A stretch of 64,000 nucleotides of DNA from an uncultured Dehalococcoidia bacterium (GCA_913048295.1 CAJWWK010000005.1:6043-70042); one strand, 5' to 3'. Positions 40,263-50,932 are shown, counted from the first letter of the stretch. Numbers and translations are program-made. The notes: generated from the letters alone by a model not told the origin.

Positions 40263-41051
40263 CTACCCGTATAACGATTCTGCGTTGTGCTGCGGTTGGT
40301 AGCCGATCTCGCGCCTTGTCGTTTCGATATCGAAGATGTTGTAGGTGTTGTCCGAGATCACGTAGTAGTGAGCACTCGGTCGTAGCTTCCCGGCCTGTGA
40401 CGTTTTGAAACAGGCGTCGACGAACCGGGCTGAATCCTCCTGGTGGCACCAGACCGTGTAGTAGGAAATTTCGTCTTTTTTGCCGTTTTCAGGATTTATG
40501 CCGCCCCATCGGGCCGCGACCGCATCCTGTCCCACCGCGCCAAGACGGTGACACCACGCCTCCACATAGGCCTTTTCGATTCCGTAATCTCCCGTCGGGA
40601 ACGGCTCGGTCATCACCGACAACGGCTCGGGCCACGGGTCGACTTCGTCAAACCGCCGTGCCGCTATCGGCCCATCGGGATCATGGGTGAGCGAGTAGTA
40701 CGCGCCACCCGTGGCGTGAACCGAGCTTGACCCGATCATCAGCGCCTCAGGGCAGACATCTATCACGGCCCTGAACACCCGCTCGGTCATTGCGTTCATG
40801 TCGCCAAGAGGGTCTTTCCGCGCAAGATATACGACCAGGTCCCGGCCTTCGAGGGCTTGACGTAAGCCGGCATCGTCGGCCGATATATCGAGATCGATGA
40901 AATAGCGATGCGCATCCGGGTCGGTGGCTTTATCTTCGGCACCCGGCAGATCGACAGATGTGACCCGGTACGACGCGTCGAGTTGCGGCAGGTAAGTCCG
41001 GAGTCCCGACCCGATCGTGCCCTTGCCACCAATCAACAACGTATCAATCAA
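40263..41051 (-). CDS. NAD(P)-dependent oxidoreductase (uronate dehydrogenase-like extended SDR)
   Basis: IGGKGTIG, SSVHA, YGIEK, ISDN and IGYQPQ motifs; TTG start with AGGAG RBS. Confidence 0.75.
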   Translation of the reverse strand: MIDTLLIGGKGTIGSGLRTYLPQLDASYRVTSVDLPGAEDKATDPDAHRYFIDLDISADDAGLRQALEGRDLVVYLARKDPLGDMNAMTERVFRAVIDVCPEALMIGSSSVHATGGAYYSLTHDPDGPIAARRFDEVDPWPEPLSVMTEPFPTGDYGIEKAYVEAWCHRLGAVGQDAVAARWGGINPENGKKDEISYYTVWCHQEDSARFVDACFKTSQAGKLRPSAHYYVISDNTYNIFDIETTRREIGYQPQHNAESLYG

Positions 41052-41097
41052 ATGAACGCTCCTGTTACCCGGTCGACCCTCACGCACCGGGACCAGG

Positions 41098-42471
41098 TCA
41101 ATCCCGCCACCAGCTGGTCTTGCCATCGGCATCGGCGATCGAAATGCCCGCCTCTATCAGCTGATCGCGAACCGCATCCGCATCGTCCCAGCGCTTGTTG
41201 TCGCGCGCCTCTTTCCGCTTCTGAATCAACTCTTCGACATCGTCATCCGAAATCCCCGATCGATCGGGCGGGTTCTGCAGTGTGAAACCGAGTACACCCG
41301 TGAGTTCTCTGATCGACTCGACAGCCCCGGAAACGTCAAGGCCCGCGTCGCGCCCCTTGAATATCTCGCGTACCAGATCAAATATCGCGGCTATCGCCTG
41401 GGGTGTGTTCAGGTCGTCGTCCATCGCCGCGGTAAAGCGCTCTTCGAACTCCCGGAACTCGACCGGTTCCCCGGTTCCGTCCGACGTGTCAGATTCGATC
41501 TCCGCGACCATCCGAATCCGGCGCATCGACCGTTCGGCAGCCGCGATCAACTCTCTTTCAAGCAGCGGGTTCGTGCGATAGTGACTCTGCAGTATCCAGA
41601 GACGAATAGCGTCGGAACTGAACTCTTCAAGCGCCGATTTCACGTTGAATGCGTTGCCCAACGACTTGCTCATCTCCTGGCCGTCGGCAATACGCAACAT
41701 GCCGTTGTGCATCCAGAACCGTGCAAACGGAACGGCACCCGATGCCGCCTCGCTCTGGGCGATTTCGTTTTCGTGGTGCGGGAAAATCAGGTCCATCCCG
41801 CCGCCATGGATATCTATCTGCTCACCCAGGTGTTTGAACGCCATTGCCGAACATTCGATGTGCCATCCCGGTCGCCCGACCCCCCAGGGACTGCCCCAAC
41901 TGGGCTCGTCGGGTTTGGCCGCCTTCCACATAGCGAAGTCGGCCGAATCCTCCTTGCCACTCTCCATCTCGTGGCGAGTTGCCTCCAGCATCTGGTCGAT
42001 GTTCTGCCCGCTCAACTTGCCGTATGCCGGGTCGCTCCGCACCCGAAAGTAGACCGATCCGTTCGACGAATAAGCCGACCCGCCGTCGACAAGCCGCTGG
42101 ATTAACCCGATGATCTCCGCCATATCTTCAGTGGCCCGGGGATGTACCTCTGCCCTGCGAACATTGAGACCGTCGCTCGACTCAAAAAACGATTCGACGT
42201 ACTTGTCAGTCAACTCTTCGACTGGGACACCAAGGGCATTGGCCCGATTGATGATCTTATCGTCAACATCGGTGAAGTTTTTGACCTGGCGAACCCTGTA
42301 GCCGCGGTATTCCAGGTAACGGTGAAGTACATCGAACACGATGCTGCTCAGGGCGTGTCCGAGATGCGAATCGTCATACACCGTTACCCCGCACACATAC
42401 ATTTTTACTTCGTCGCCGATCGGAACGAACTCTTCTTTGGTGCGCGTGAGCGAGTTGTAAAGCTGGATCAT
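41098..42471 (-). CDS. cysS: Cysteinyl-tRNA synthetase
   Basis: YVCGVTVY, HLGH, GRPGWHIECS, FPHHENE and EMSKS motifs. Confidence 0.96.
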   Translation of the reverse strand: MIQLYNSLTRTKEEFVPIGDEVKMYVCGVTVYDDSHLGHALSSIVFDVLHRYLEYRGYRVRQVKNFTDVDDKIINRANALGVPVEELTDKYVESFFESSDGLNVRRAEVHPRATEDMAEIIGLIQRLVDGGSAYSSNGSVYFRVRSDPAYGKLSGQNIDQMLEATRHEMESGKEDSADFAMWKAAKPDEPSWGSPWGVGRPGWHIECSAMAFKHLGEQIDIHGGGMDLIFPHHENEIAQSEAASGAVPFARFWMHNGMLRIADGQEMSKSLGNAFNVKSALEEFSSDAIRLWILQSHYRTNPLLERELIAAAERSMRRIRMVAEIESDTSDGTGEPVEFREFEERFTAAMDDDLNTPQAIAAIFDLVREIFKGRDAGLDVSGAVESIRELTGVLGFTLQNPPDRSGISDDDVEELIQKRKEARDNKRWDDADAVRDQLIEAGISIADADGKTSWWRD

Positions 42472-42517
42472 ATGGTTGGAGGGATCATGAGACCGGGTGG
42501 ATGCGGCGCGCGAAAGA

Positions 42518-43741
42518 TCAGGTGTATGCGGGAATCAGGGTAACGATGGCCTGGGCTGCGATTCCGTCGCCGTTGCCTATCGCGCCGACGTGGTCGGTCG
42601 AAGTCACTTTTATGTTGATACTGGAGTTTTCTAAACCTTCGATTGCGCCAAGTCGCTCCGCCATGCGCGGCGTTTCGGAACCAAGTCGGGGCTGCTGGGC
42701 AATGATCGTAGCATCGACGTGATCGACCATCCATCCGGCCTGCCGCGCGAGTCGAGCGGTTTCTTCAATAAATTGTGCCGAGTCATAGTCGGCAAAACGC
42801 TGGTCGGAAGACGGGAAGTGGCCCCCCAGATCGCCCAGACCGGCCGCCCCGAGAACCGCGCTGGCGATTGCGTGGAACAGCACGTCCCCGTCGGAATGGC
42901 CTTCAAGGTGATAATCGAACACGATGTCGAGACCACCTAGGCGCAACGGTCCGCCTTCCGCAAGTCGGTGCCCATCGAAGCCGGTACCAAACCTCGAACC
43001 CGCAGCATGGGCCGAACCCTTCGCATCGGCATTTGCCGAATCGCCCAAACGCCGGTCGAATATCAAACCTGCGAGCTCAAGATCCTCGGGTGTCGTGATC
43101 TTGATGTTGTCGTGGGAACCATCGAAAACAGCAACCAGGCCGCCAACCGCCTCGACCATCGAGGCATCGTCGGTCACATCTTCGTTCGCAGTCTCGTGCG
43201 CCGCTTCCAGCACGTCAAACCGGAAAATCTGCGGAGTCTGGACAGCCCATAAATCCGATCGGTCTGGGGTTTCGGTAACCAGGCGGTGAGGTGCGATTTT
43301 TATCGTGTCCTTGACGGGGACAGCCGCAATCGCCGCTCCGACTTTTTCGGCAGTTTGCAAACCGCGTTCCAGCATTACTGAGTCGATAAACGGACGTGCC
43401 CCATCGTGAATCGCCACAAACTCGGGGCGGATGGCGGCCTGACTGGTCAGCACATCGAGCCCGATCTTCACCGAGTCCTGCCTGCGCTCTCCGCCCACGA
43501 CCACGCCGACAACCTTCGTAAACTTACCTTCCGCAGCTGCAGTCCTGCCCGCTTCGACGTTCTCGGCCGACATCACGAGCACAACTGGTCCGACCAGATC
43601 GGATTCCTCGAAAACACGCAGTGAATGCGAAATAACCGGCTTGCCGCCGAGCATCGCCACCTGCTTGTCCACGCTGTCCATACGTGAACTCTGGCCAGCC
43701 GCCACAACGACAACCGCCAGTCGGCCCGGGGCACTGCTCAT
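42518..43741 (-). CDS. ispDF: Bifunctional IspD/IspF (MEP pathway)
   Basis: AAGQSSRM, IHDGARP, QTPQ and KITTPED, followed by GFDGH and GHSDGDV; ATGA overlap at 43741. Confidence 0.93.
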   Translation of the reverse strand: MSSAPGRLAVVVVAAGQSSRMDSVDKQVAMLGGKPVISHSLRVFEESDLVGPVVLVMSAENVEAGRTAAAEGKFTKVVGVVVGGERRQDSVKIGLDVLTSQAAIRPEFVAIHDGARPFIDSVMLERGLQTAEKVGAAIAAVPVKDTIKIAPHRLVTETPDRSDLWAVQTPQIFRFDVLEAAHETANEDVTDDASMVEAVGGLVAVFDGSHDNIKITTPEDLELAGLIFDRRLGDSANADAKGSAHAAGSRFGTGFDGHRLAEGGPLRLGGLDIVFDYHLEGHSDGDVLFHAIASAVLGAAGLGDLGGHFPSSDQRFADYDSAQFIEETARLARQAGWMVDHVDATIIAQQPRLGSETPRMAERLGAIEGLENSSINIKVTSTDHVGAIGNGDGIAAQAIVTLIPAYT

Positions 43742-44409
43742 CCAAGCCACCTGACAAAGGAATCGATTCCCAAAAAGCACAGGTACGCGATTCCGGCCGA
43801 CTTGATCGACTTGGCGATAAAGACAACGCCCAGGAACCGCTTGATCGGGTAGCCGATGCTGCCGGCAGCGATCCCTAGTACATCGAAAAACGGGTTCGGA
43901 ATGATCGCTCCCACAAACAGTATGGTTCCGCCCCGGCGGACCAGCAGTGAGTGGAATCTCGAGTAGTAACGGCTTCGCTCCAGGAATGAACGGCCCGACA
44001 GCCCCGCCATGTAGCCGGTCATTTCGCCCAGCGCCTCGGCTGAACCGGAAACGATCCCGATATACAGCGGCGTGAGACCGAGGTCGGGAGCCGCGGCAAT
44101 GCATACAGCGGCCGGGCCGGGTATGGGCAATATTATTGAGCCGGCAGCTATAAAGCTGACGACCCACAGGCCGCCATAACCGATATTTTCCGGATTCAGG
44201 CTATCGGTCAGCCACAAAGTAACGCCGACGACAATAAAGCCGAGTACAAACGCGATTAGGCCAAGCCGAAGCACGCTCTCCCTGTTTTTCGAAAGCCACA
44301 GCTGAAATCCCCCCAGCTGAACGGAGGGATCAGCGGAGTCAGAATCGGATGCCGACCCGGTTACATTAGCTGGTATTTCCGGGGATTCGTATTTTGAAGA
44401 ATCGGACAT
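43738..44409 (-). CDS. VTT/DedA (SNARE-associated) membrane protein
   Basis: ILPIPG, LGEMTGYMAG and PNPFFDVLGIAAG motifs. Confidence 0.82.
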   Translation of the reverse strand: MSDSSKYESPEIPANVTGSASDSDSADPSVQLGGFQLWLSKNRESVLRLGLIAFVLGFIVVGVTLWLTDSLNPENIGYGGLWVVSFIAAGSIILPIPGPAAVCIAAAPDLGLTPLYIGIVSGSAEALGEMTGYMAGLSGRSFLERSRYYSRFHSLLVRRGGTILFVGAIIPNPFFDVLGIAAGSIGYPIKRFLGVVFIAKSIKSAGIAYLCFLGIDSFVRWLG

Positions 44410-44425
44410 GTGGGAAAGATGGAGA

Positions 44426-45082
44426 TCAGACTAGATCCAAGAGCCACTGAATACCCTGTCGCCCAGCAAAAGCAAACACCAGGAATTTGACCAGTTTGCC
44501 AAGCCCGACCCACAGGAAAAATCTGGAGATCGGATATCCCATCGATCCGGCCGCAATTCCGCCAATGTCGAAAATCGGGTTGGGTGTAGCAGCGAGAACG
44601 AAGAGAGCGAAGCCACCCCGCCTGGCAATCCAGCCACTGATACGGGAATAGTACCGCGATTTTTGTACGACGCCCTGACTTCCGTACCCGGCGAGATACC
44701 CGGTCAGCTCGCCAATCGTGGATCCCAGAGCACCTGCTGTTGCAAGCAAGGCGAAGTTGAGCCCGAAACTTGGTGCCGCGGCGGCAGTTACCGCAATCAA
44801 TCCGGGAAGCGGCACTATCACGGCGGCGGAACCGACAACGTTGACTACAAACACTCCCAGGTAGCCAGCGTTCTCTACATCAAGACCGCCGCTGAGCCAG
44901 GATATGGTCCCACCAATAACGGCGACAATCACTACCGACCAGATAACCACCTGGTAGGCGCGACGGTGCCGCAAAATAAACCCGGCGAACCCTCCTCTCG
45001 TGAATGAGGGGGTCGCATCCGCCGCGTCATGTCCCTGAGCGGGCTCGATTTCTGGTGTCGGTTGTTCAACCACGCCCGGCAT
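44426..45082 (-). CDS. VTT/DedA membrane protein, tandem paralog
   Basis: VPLPG, IGELTGYLAG and PNPIFDIGGIAAG motifs. Confidence 0.82.
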   Translation of the reverse strand: MPGVVEQPTPEIEPAQGHDAADATPSFTRGGFAGFILRHRRAYQVVIWSVVIVAVIGGTISWLSGGLDVENAGYLGVFVVNVVGSAAVIVPLPGLIAVTAAAAPSFGLNFALLATAGALGSTIGELTGYLAGYGSQGVVQKSRYYSRISGWIARRGGFALFVLAATPNPIFDIGGIAAGSMGYPISRFFLWVGLGKLVKFLVFAFAGRQGIQWLLDLV

Positions 45083-45100
45083 AGTAAGGCAACACACGCG

Positions 45101-45138
45101 AATAGACCCCCCGCTTCAAGCGAGGCGGGGGGTCTATT
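45101..45138. terminator. Strong hairpin downstream of the Clp ATPase gene
   Basis: AATAGACCCCCCGC...GCGGGGGGTCTATT 14-bp stem. Confidence 0.65.
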
Positions 45139-45175
45139 TTTGCTTTCGTTCCGGTTTTGAGCGACGACCTGACAT

Positions 45176-47728
45176 TTATCGCGCTATCGACTCTTTTTCG
45201 GACTCGTCAGACTGGTCGACAAGGACAGCCGGTTCTTCGATACGGGTGTCATCTCGCACGTCGTCGCGGCCGTCGCCCGCAGCATCCTGACTGCTATTGC
45301 CGAACGTCATCTCACCGTCGACCACGTCGATCACAACGACCGAACCTTCCGGATAATCGCCGGCAATCAGTCGTTTGGAAAGAGGACTTTCGACGTAACG
45401 CTGGATCGCACGCTTGAGCGGCCGGGCACCGTACATCCGGTCGAAACCGGTTTTGGCCAGCCACTCTTTTGCCGCATCTGTCAGCGAAATCGTGACCTTC
45501 AGGTCGGCGACCCGCTCGATCACCTCGCCCATGAATTTTTCGACAATTAACTTGATGTCGTCCTGGGTTAGTGAATCGAAAACGATGAACTCGTCGAGCC
45601 GGTTCAGGAATTCCGGCCGGAACTGTTTTTCCAGCGCCTCTTCCACGTACAGGCGTGCCCGTGCGCTCTCGGTGTCTTCACGACTCAGTTTCTGGAAACC
45701 GAACGCCTCCTGGTTGATTCCTTCAGAGCCCAGGTTGCTGGTCATGATAATGATCGTGTTCCGGAAATCGACCGTCCTGCCGTGGCTGTCGGTCAACCGA
45801 CCATCGTCCAGGACCTGCAGCAACGTGTTAAAAACGTCCGGGTGGGCCTTTTCGATCTCGTCGAAAAGCACCACCGAGAACGGGCGCCGGCGCACGGCTT
45901 CCGTCAGGTGGCCGCCCTCGTCGAAACCGATGTACCCGGGGGGCGCACCGATCAGTTTGGAAACAGTGTGTCGCTCCTGGAACTCGGACATGTCGACCCG
46001 GATCATGTTGTCCTCATCGTCGAACATGAACTCTGCCAGGGCACGGGCCAGCTCGGTCTTGCCAACACCGGTCGGACCCAAGAATATGAAGCTGCCGGTG
46101 GGCCGTTTCGGGTCTTTGAGTCCTGCTCTCGCACGGCGAACGGCATCGGCGAGCACCTCGACCGCGTGATCCTGCCCGATTACCCGGGTGTGCAACCGCT
46201 CTTCGAGGTTCAGCAGACGTTCACCCTCGCCTTCGACCAGCCTGGCCACGGGAATTCCGGTGCGCTCCTGGATCAACGCGGCAATATCCGACTCGGTCAC
46301 GGTGTCGCTGATCTCGTGGGTCTTCTTCCACTCGCGTTTCGCGTCGTCGAACTCTTCGTTGATACGAAGGATTTCAACTTTGAGATTAGCGGCCGTCTCA
46401 TTGTCGCCGTTTTCCGAAGCCGCTTTCTCGTCATCCACGAGGATCTGGCGTTGCTCTTGCATCGCCGTAAGCTCTCTAGGCCAGGTGGGATTTTCGATTC
46501 GCTTCTTCGCCGCGGCCTCATCGATAAGGTCAATCGCCTTGTCCGGCAAAAACCGGTCGGAGACATATCTTGCCGACAACTGCACCGCCGCCTCAAGCGC
46601 ACCTCCGCTTATCTTGAAGCCATGATGTTTTTCGTACCGGGGCCGCAGCGTATCGAGCATTTCGATCGCCGTATCGGTATCGGGTTCTTCTACCCAAACC
46701 GGTGAAAAACGGCGCTCAAGTGCCGGGTCGGACTCGATGTAACGGCGATACTCGTTCGGGGTTGTCGCACCGATCGTTTGCAGCTCGCCGCGTGAGAGAG
46801 CCGGCTTCATCATGTTCGCAGCATCGAGAGCGCCGCCGCCGCCAGCGCCTGCTCCTACGACCGTGTGAATCTCATCGATGAACAGCACTATTTCGCCCGA
46901 CGCCTGGCGTATTTCATCCATGACGGCTTTCAGGCGGTCCTCAAATTCCCCGCGCATGCTCGCCCCGGCAATTAACGACCCCATTTCGAGCGACAGCACC
47001 CGCCGCCCCTGTAGAGTTTCAGGCACATCGCCAGCAACGATTCTCTGAGCCAGTCCGTCGGCAATAGCGGTCTTGCCGACTCCGGCGTCTCCGATCAACA
47101 CGGGATTGTTTTTTGTACGCCGCGTAAGTGTCTGCATCACCCTGCGAATTTCAAGATCGCGCCCGACCACCGGGTCGAGGCGACCTTCTCTGGCGAGCGC
47201 CGTAAGGTCGGTGCTGTACTTGGAGAGGGCCCTGTACTTGCTTTCGGCCTGAGCATCAGTAACACGTGCCGAACCCCGCACGGCCAACAATGCCTGGTAT
47301 ACGCGTTCTTCGGTGATATTCCGTTTTTTAAATAACTCCGCTACATCGCCGTCGGCGTTCTTTATCACCGCCACGAGCAGATGATCGGCACCGATCAGTT
47401 CATCCCTGAGTCGCGCTGCCTCTTCTTTGGCGGATCCCAGTATTGTCTTGATGCGCTCGGTCGCAAAAAACTGCACCTGGCCGCTGTTTCCGCCAACTGT
47501 CGGCGACTCTTTCAGTTTGAGTTCGATCGAAGCCACCAGGTCGGCCACGTCGACGTTTAACTCTTCGAGCATTTTTGCGGCCAATGAGTCTTCGACCTGC
47601 AAAAGTCCCGAAAGCAGGTGCTCGGAGTCCCACTGGTTCTGCTTCATCTGGAGAACGATCTGTTGCGAAAGGCCCAGGGCAGCCTGCGCCTGTGCCGTAA
47701 ATTCTTGTTGTCTTGGATCGAATACCAT
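45176..47728 (-). CDS. Clp/Hsp100 AAA+ chaperone (ClpB/ClpC family)
   Basis: Clp_N repeats, two Walker A motifs ([16 protein letters not shown]), [11 protein letters not shown] and FRPEFLNR. Confidence 0.93.
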   Translation of the reverse strand: MVFDPRQQEFTAQAQAALGLSQQIVLQMKQNQWDSEHLLSGLLQVEDSLAAKMLEELNVDVADLVASIELKLKESPTVGGNSGQVQFFATERIKTILGSAKEEAARLRDELIGADHLLVAVIKNADGDVAELFKKRNITEERVYQALLAVRGSARVTDAQAESKYRALSKYSTDLTALAREGRLDPVVGRDLEIRRVMQTLTRRTKNNPVLIGDAGVGKTAIADGLAQRIVAGDVPETLQGRRVLSLEMGSLIAGASMRGEFEDRLKAVMDEIRQASGEIVLFIDEIHTVVGAGAGGGGALDAANMMKPALSRGELQTIGATTPNEYRRYIESDPALERRFSPVWVEEPDTDTAIEMLDTLRPRYEKHHGFKISGGALEAAVQLSARYVSDRFLPDKAIDLIDEAAAKKRIENPTWPRELTAMQEQRQILVDDEKAASENGDNETAANLKVEILRINEEFDDAKREWKKTHEISDTVTESDIAALIQERTGIPVARLVEGEGERLLNLEERLHTRVIGQDHAVEVLADAVRRARAGLKDPKRPTGSFIFLGPTGVGKTELARALAEFMFDDEDNMIRVDMSEFQERHTVSKLIGAPPGYIGFDEGGHLTEAVRRRPFSVVLFDEIEKAHPDVFNTLLQVLDDGRLTDSHGRTVDFRNTIIIMTSNLGSEGINQEAFGFQKLSREDTESARARLYVEEALEKQFRPEFLNRLDEFIVFDSLTQDDIKLIVEKFMGEVIERVADLKVTISLTDAAKEWLAKTGFDRMYGARPLKRAIQRYVESPLSKRLIAGDYPEGSVVVIDVVDGEMTFGNSSQDAAGDGRDDVRDDTRIEEPAVLVDQSDESEKESIAR

Positions 47729-47808
47729 TTCTTTTAATTCCCGTTACTTCCGCTATCAATGGCCCAGCTTCCCGACCGTCCCATCCATCGATCAGAACCG
47801 GAGCGCTC

Positions 47809-48135
47809 CTAGCCCGTCAGCCTGGCCTGGCCTTCTCGGAGCCTGACGACTTCGACCGTCAAATCACGCACATGACTGTCTAACTCATTAATTCGCCTTG
47901 TCAGTGTCAACATTAGTTCGATGCCAGCAAGGTTCAGGCCGAACTCTTCTTTCCATTCCAGGATCTTCCGGATCAGCTCGACATCGCGATTCGAGTAAAG
48001 CCTGGTGCCGCCGCTCGACCGCCGCGGTACGACCAGCTCGCAGCGCTCGTAATTTCGAAGCGTCTGCTGATGCAACCCGACCATGCGGGCTACGATCCCG
48101 ATGGCGAATACCGGGTCGTTGTGTCCCATTGTCAT
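47809..48135 (-). CDS. hspR: HspR-like MerR family heat-shock regulator
   Basis: IGIVARMVGLHQQTLRNYER...RSSGGTRLYS and GLNLAGI; located between dnaJ and clp. Confidence 0.85.
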   Translation of the reverse strand: MTMGHNDPVFAIGIVARMVGLHQQTLRNYERCELVVPRRSSGGTRLYSNRDVELIRKILEWKEEFGLNLAGIELMLTLTRRINELDSHVRDLTVEVVRLREGQARLTG

Positions 48136-49067
48136 CAGGCGTCCCCTTCTTCTTTCCCAGCATCAACAACGGCTTCAGCGTCGTCGTTCTCTTGTGTGAG
48201 CGCGGCACCCGAACGGAGGTCGCGCAGTTCCTTGTACAGGTCTCGTTCCCGTTCATTAAGCGAATCGGGGAGCCGAATATTGATGGTGGTGTAAAGGTCG
48301 CCGAAACTATCGGAATTCACTTTAGGCAATCCCTTACCCCTGATTTTGAACGACCTTCCGTTCTGCGTACCTGCCGGGATTTGCAGGGCGACCCGACCCG
48401 TCATTGTCGGGACTTCGACCTCACCACCAAGCACCGCACTGAGAAGCGGCACGGCTACAACTGCCCGTAAGTTCGCGCCGTCCCGACTGAATCGGCCGTC
48501 GGAACGAACTTTCACCGTGATAGTGATCTCGGTGTTCTCATCGGGACGAAGCCGAATACGCCGACCGTCACGCACACCTTTGGGTATCTGTACCTCGAGA
48601 TCGCGGTTTGCGTTCATCCCCGGCCGGCCCGATCCAATTGATATTCGCCGCGTGACCCCGGTATAGACCTCGTCCAGCGAAATTTCTATCGATCCTTCAT
48701 GGCGCACCGGCCGCGGTGCCTGCCCGCCCATTCCACCGAACGGGTCCCCGAAGCCACCGCCACCCCTGGCCCGAGCACTGCCAAACAGGTCGCTCAGATC
48801 GAATCCCATGCCCGCACCACCGCCCATATTGCGCATCTGGTCGGCATGTTTCCAGTTTTCACCGAACTGGTCGTAGTCCTTGCGACGGGTGGGGTCGCCA
48901 ATGACCTCGTACGCTTCATTAACTTTTTTGAACTTTTCCTGGGCGCCAGCATCGTTCGGGTTCACATCGGGATGAAGCTTGCGCGCCATCCTGCGGTAAG
49001 CCGCCTTGATGTCTTTGTCGGAGACGTTTTTATTGACTCCGAGCATGTCGTAGTAGTTCTGTGCCAT
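48135..49067 (-). CDS. DnaJ class B (CbpA-like) co-chaperone
   Basis: J domain with HPD, G/F region and C-terminal domain; no zinc finger. Confidence 0.9.
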   Translation of the reverse strand: MAQNYYDMLGVNKNVSDKDIKAAYRRMARKLHPDVNPNDAGAQEKFKKVNEAYEVIGDPTRRKDYDQFGENWKHADQMRNMGGGAGMGFDLSDLFGSARARGGGGFGDPFGGMGGQAPRPVRHEGSIEISLDEVYTGVTRRISIGSGRPGMNANRDLEVQIPKGVRDGRRIRLRPDENTEITITVKVRSDGRFSRDGANLRAVVAVPLLSAVLGGEVEVPTMTGRVALQIPAGTQNGRSFKIRGKGLPKVNSDSFGDLYTTINIRLPDSLNERERDLYKELRDLRSGAALTQENDDAEAVVDAGKEEGDA

Positions 49068-49134
49068 TACTTTTTCGATGTGGTCGCGAGGTTCAGAGGT
49101 TTATTTTCAGACTGAAATCAAAATTACCCCACCG

Positions 49135-49190
49135 GTAGATGATAGCATATCTTATCTACAAGAGGATATATGTTTTGATAAACTATCTAT
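49135..49190. promoter_or_regulatory. Tandem inverted repeats RTAKAT-N13-ATCTAY, candidate heat-shock operator
   Basis: GTAGAT-N13-ATCTAC (49135-49159) and ATATAT-N13-ATCTAT (49166-49190) in the divergent dnaJ/hsp20 promoter region. Confidence 0.5.
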
Positions 49191-49315
49191 TAGATTTCTA
49201 TAACCGGTACGTGTGCATTTTGGTATCAACAATTCGAAACTCCAGCCCGATGCCTGGGCTTGGCAACGGTCGGAATCGGGCCAGCGACTGGTCTGCAACA
49301 TAAAAGGAACAACTG

Positions 49316-49617
49316 ATGGCAATCGTGAAATGGCATCCTTACGGGGTAAAGCCCCTACAAATCTTTGACGACCTGTTCAATCGCTTCATCCCGGGTCGGA
49401 GCATCGCTGTAAGGAACCTCGCGGGCAACCCGACCCCCGCAACGTGGAGAATTCCGCTGGACGTCGTCCAGAACAAAGACGAGTTGGTAGTGACCGCCTC
49501 AGTTCCGGGGACGGCGAAGGAAGACATCGAAATCTCTGTCTATGACACGTCCTGACGATCAGGCTCCCGAAACTCGAGTCGAAAAAGGTTCGCAAGCTCG
49601 AAATAACCGCTGCCTGA
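49316..49617 (+). pseudogene. Hsp20/alpha-crystallin small heat-shock protein with internal deletion and frameshift
   Basis: IPLDV...VVTASVPG..KEDIEISV is followed in another frame by VLTIRLPKLESKKVRKLEI; the central region is missing. Confidence 0.85.
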
Positions 49618-49658
49618 TGCCTCCTTATCCTCAGGGAGAAAAAGCAGGTAACTGAAAC

Positions 49659-49693
49659 AGACCGTCAACCCTCTGGTCGGCGGTCTTTCTTTT
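49659..49693 (+). terminator. Intrinsic terminator after hsp20
   Basis: AGACCGTC...GGCGGTCT stem followed by a T-rich tract. Confidence 0.6.
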
Positions 49694-49797
49694 AATCTGG
49701 CCCCGCACTGGTCGTGGCACTTCCTCTTCCACCCCGGTACCACTGGCAACGCGATACCCTGTGTTGATCTCGGCCAGCCAACTAAAATCAGATCGCA

Positions 49798-50877
49798 GTG
49801 AATCCGAACCGCCCGCCACAAACGCCTTCGCTACCCGCATTCTTTGCCCGTTACCAGGACCGAATCGACGCGGCGCTGCGGGCTGAGTTGTCCGATTTTT
49901 CCTGCTCAAACGAGTCAGTGACCGATATTTACGACATCCACCGCTACTATATGGGCTGGCAGGAGATCGATGGAACACATACTGCCTCGCTGGGCGGCAA
50001 GCGGATGCGACCGACACTTGCGATGCTGGCGGCCGACGCCGTTGGCGGAGACCTTGACCGGGCAACGCCAATTGCCGTTGCCCTGGAGTATGTGCACAAC
50101 TTCTCGCTGATCCACGACGACCTCGAAGACATGGACCGTGTACGTCACCACAGGCCCACAGTGTGGGCCGTGTGGGGTGAATCCGCGGCTATCGTTTCGG
50201 GCAACGCAATGCTGAAAATAGCCGATGCCGCCGCCTGGAAGCTGCGCGCCGCCGGCGTTCATGAGCCCGTGGCCCTCGAGGCCGAGGCCGTACTCACCGA
50301 CCACTACCTGAAAATGATGGAAGGCCAGTATCTCGACATCTTCTTCGAAACCGAGGTTTCCATCACCGTAGATCAGTACCTCGACATGATCGAGCGGAAA
50401 ACCGGCGCGCTTATCGAGGCTTCTATTTATCTCGGCGGTCTCGTAGCTCCAGCAAGTGGACCGGACCGGAAGAAAGCCAATGCCCTCAAGGAGATCGGCT
50501 ACGAGTTGGGGCGCATATTCCAGATTCGTGACGACGTACTGGGAGTGTGGGGCGGCGAGGCAACGGGTAAACCCGTCGGCGCGGACATCAAGCGGAAAAA
50601 GAAGGCGCTCCCGGCTGTCCACGCGCTGAGCACGTCGGAAGGTACCAGTGCAAAAAGGCTCAATGAGATTTTTCAGACTGAAGGCGACCTCGACGAGGAA
50701 GATGTGCACGTCGTGCTAGAGGTGATGGAAAAGCTCGGCACGCAGGAATACTGCCAGTCGATGGCTGAAGAGAGGTGGCTCACGGGCAGAAGGATGATAG
50801 AGTCGCTCGACCTCTCCGGCGGCGCATCGGCAGAGTTCATCGAGCTGGGTGAATTCCTACTGGTGCGGGAATCGTGA
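49798..50877 (+). CDS. Polyprenyl diphosphate synthase (FPP/GGPP synthase)
   Basis: GGKRMRP, LIHDDLED, GQYLD, KTGAL and FQIRDDVLG motifs. Confidence 0.92.
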   Translation: MNPNRPPQTPSLPAFFARYQDRIDAALRAELSDFSCSNESVTDIYDIHRYYMGWQEIDGTHTASLGGKRMRPTLAMLAADAVGGDLDRATPIAVALEYVHNFSLIHDDLEDMDRVRHHRPTVWAVWGESAAIVSGNAMLKIADAAAWKLRAAGVHEPVALEAEAVLTDHYLKMMEGQYLDIFFETEVSITVDQYLDMIERKTGALIEASIYLGGLVAPASGPDRKKANALKEIGYELGRIFQIRDDVLGVWGGEATGKPVGADIKRKKKALPAVHALSTSEGTSAKRLNEIFQTEGDLDEEDVHVVLEVMEKLGTQEYCQSMAEERWLTGRRMIESLDLSGGASAEFIELGEFLLVRES

Positions 50878-50932
50878 TGCCCCGTGGACAGAGTATTTCC
50901 CGGACGGAGCCCGAAGCACTTCCTGAAGACAG

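Noticed and set aside
43742-44167. N-terminal extension of IspDF in the ORF track (549 aa)
   Set aside because: Overlaps the VTT gene in another frame; ATG 43741 with an ATGA overlap is the better start.
49068-49315. Canonical HAIR or CIRCE elements
   Set aside because: Neither consensus is visible.
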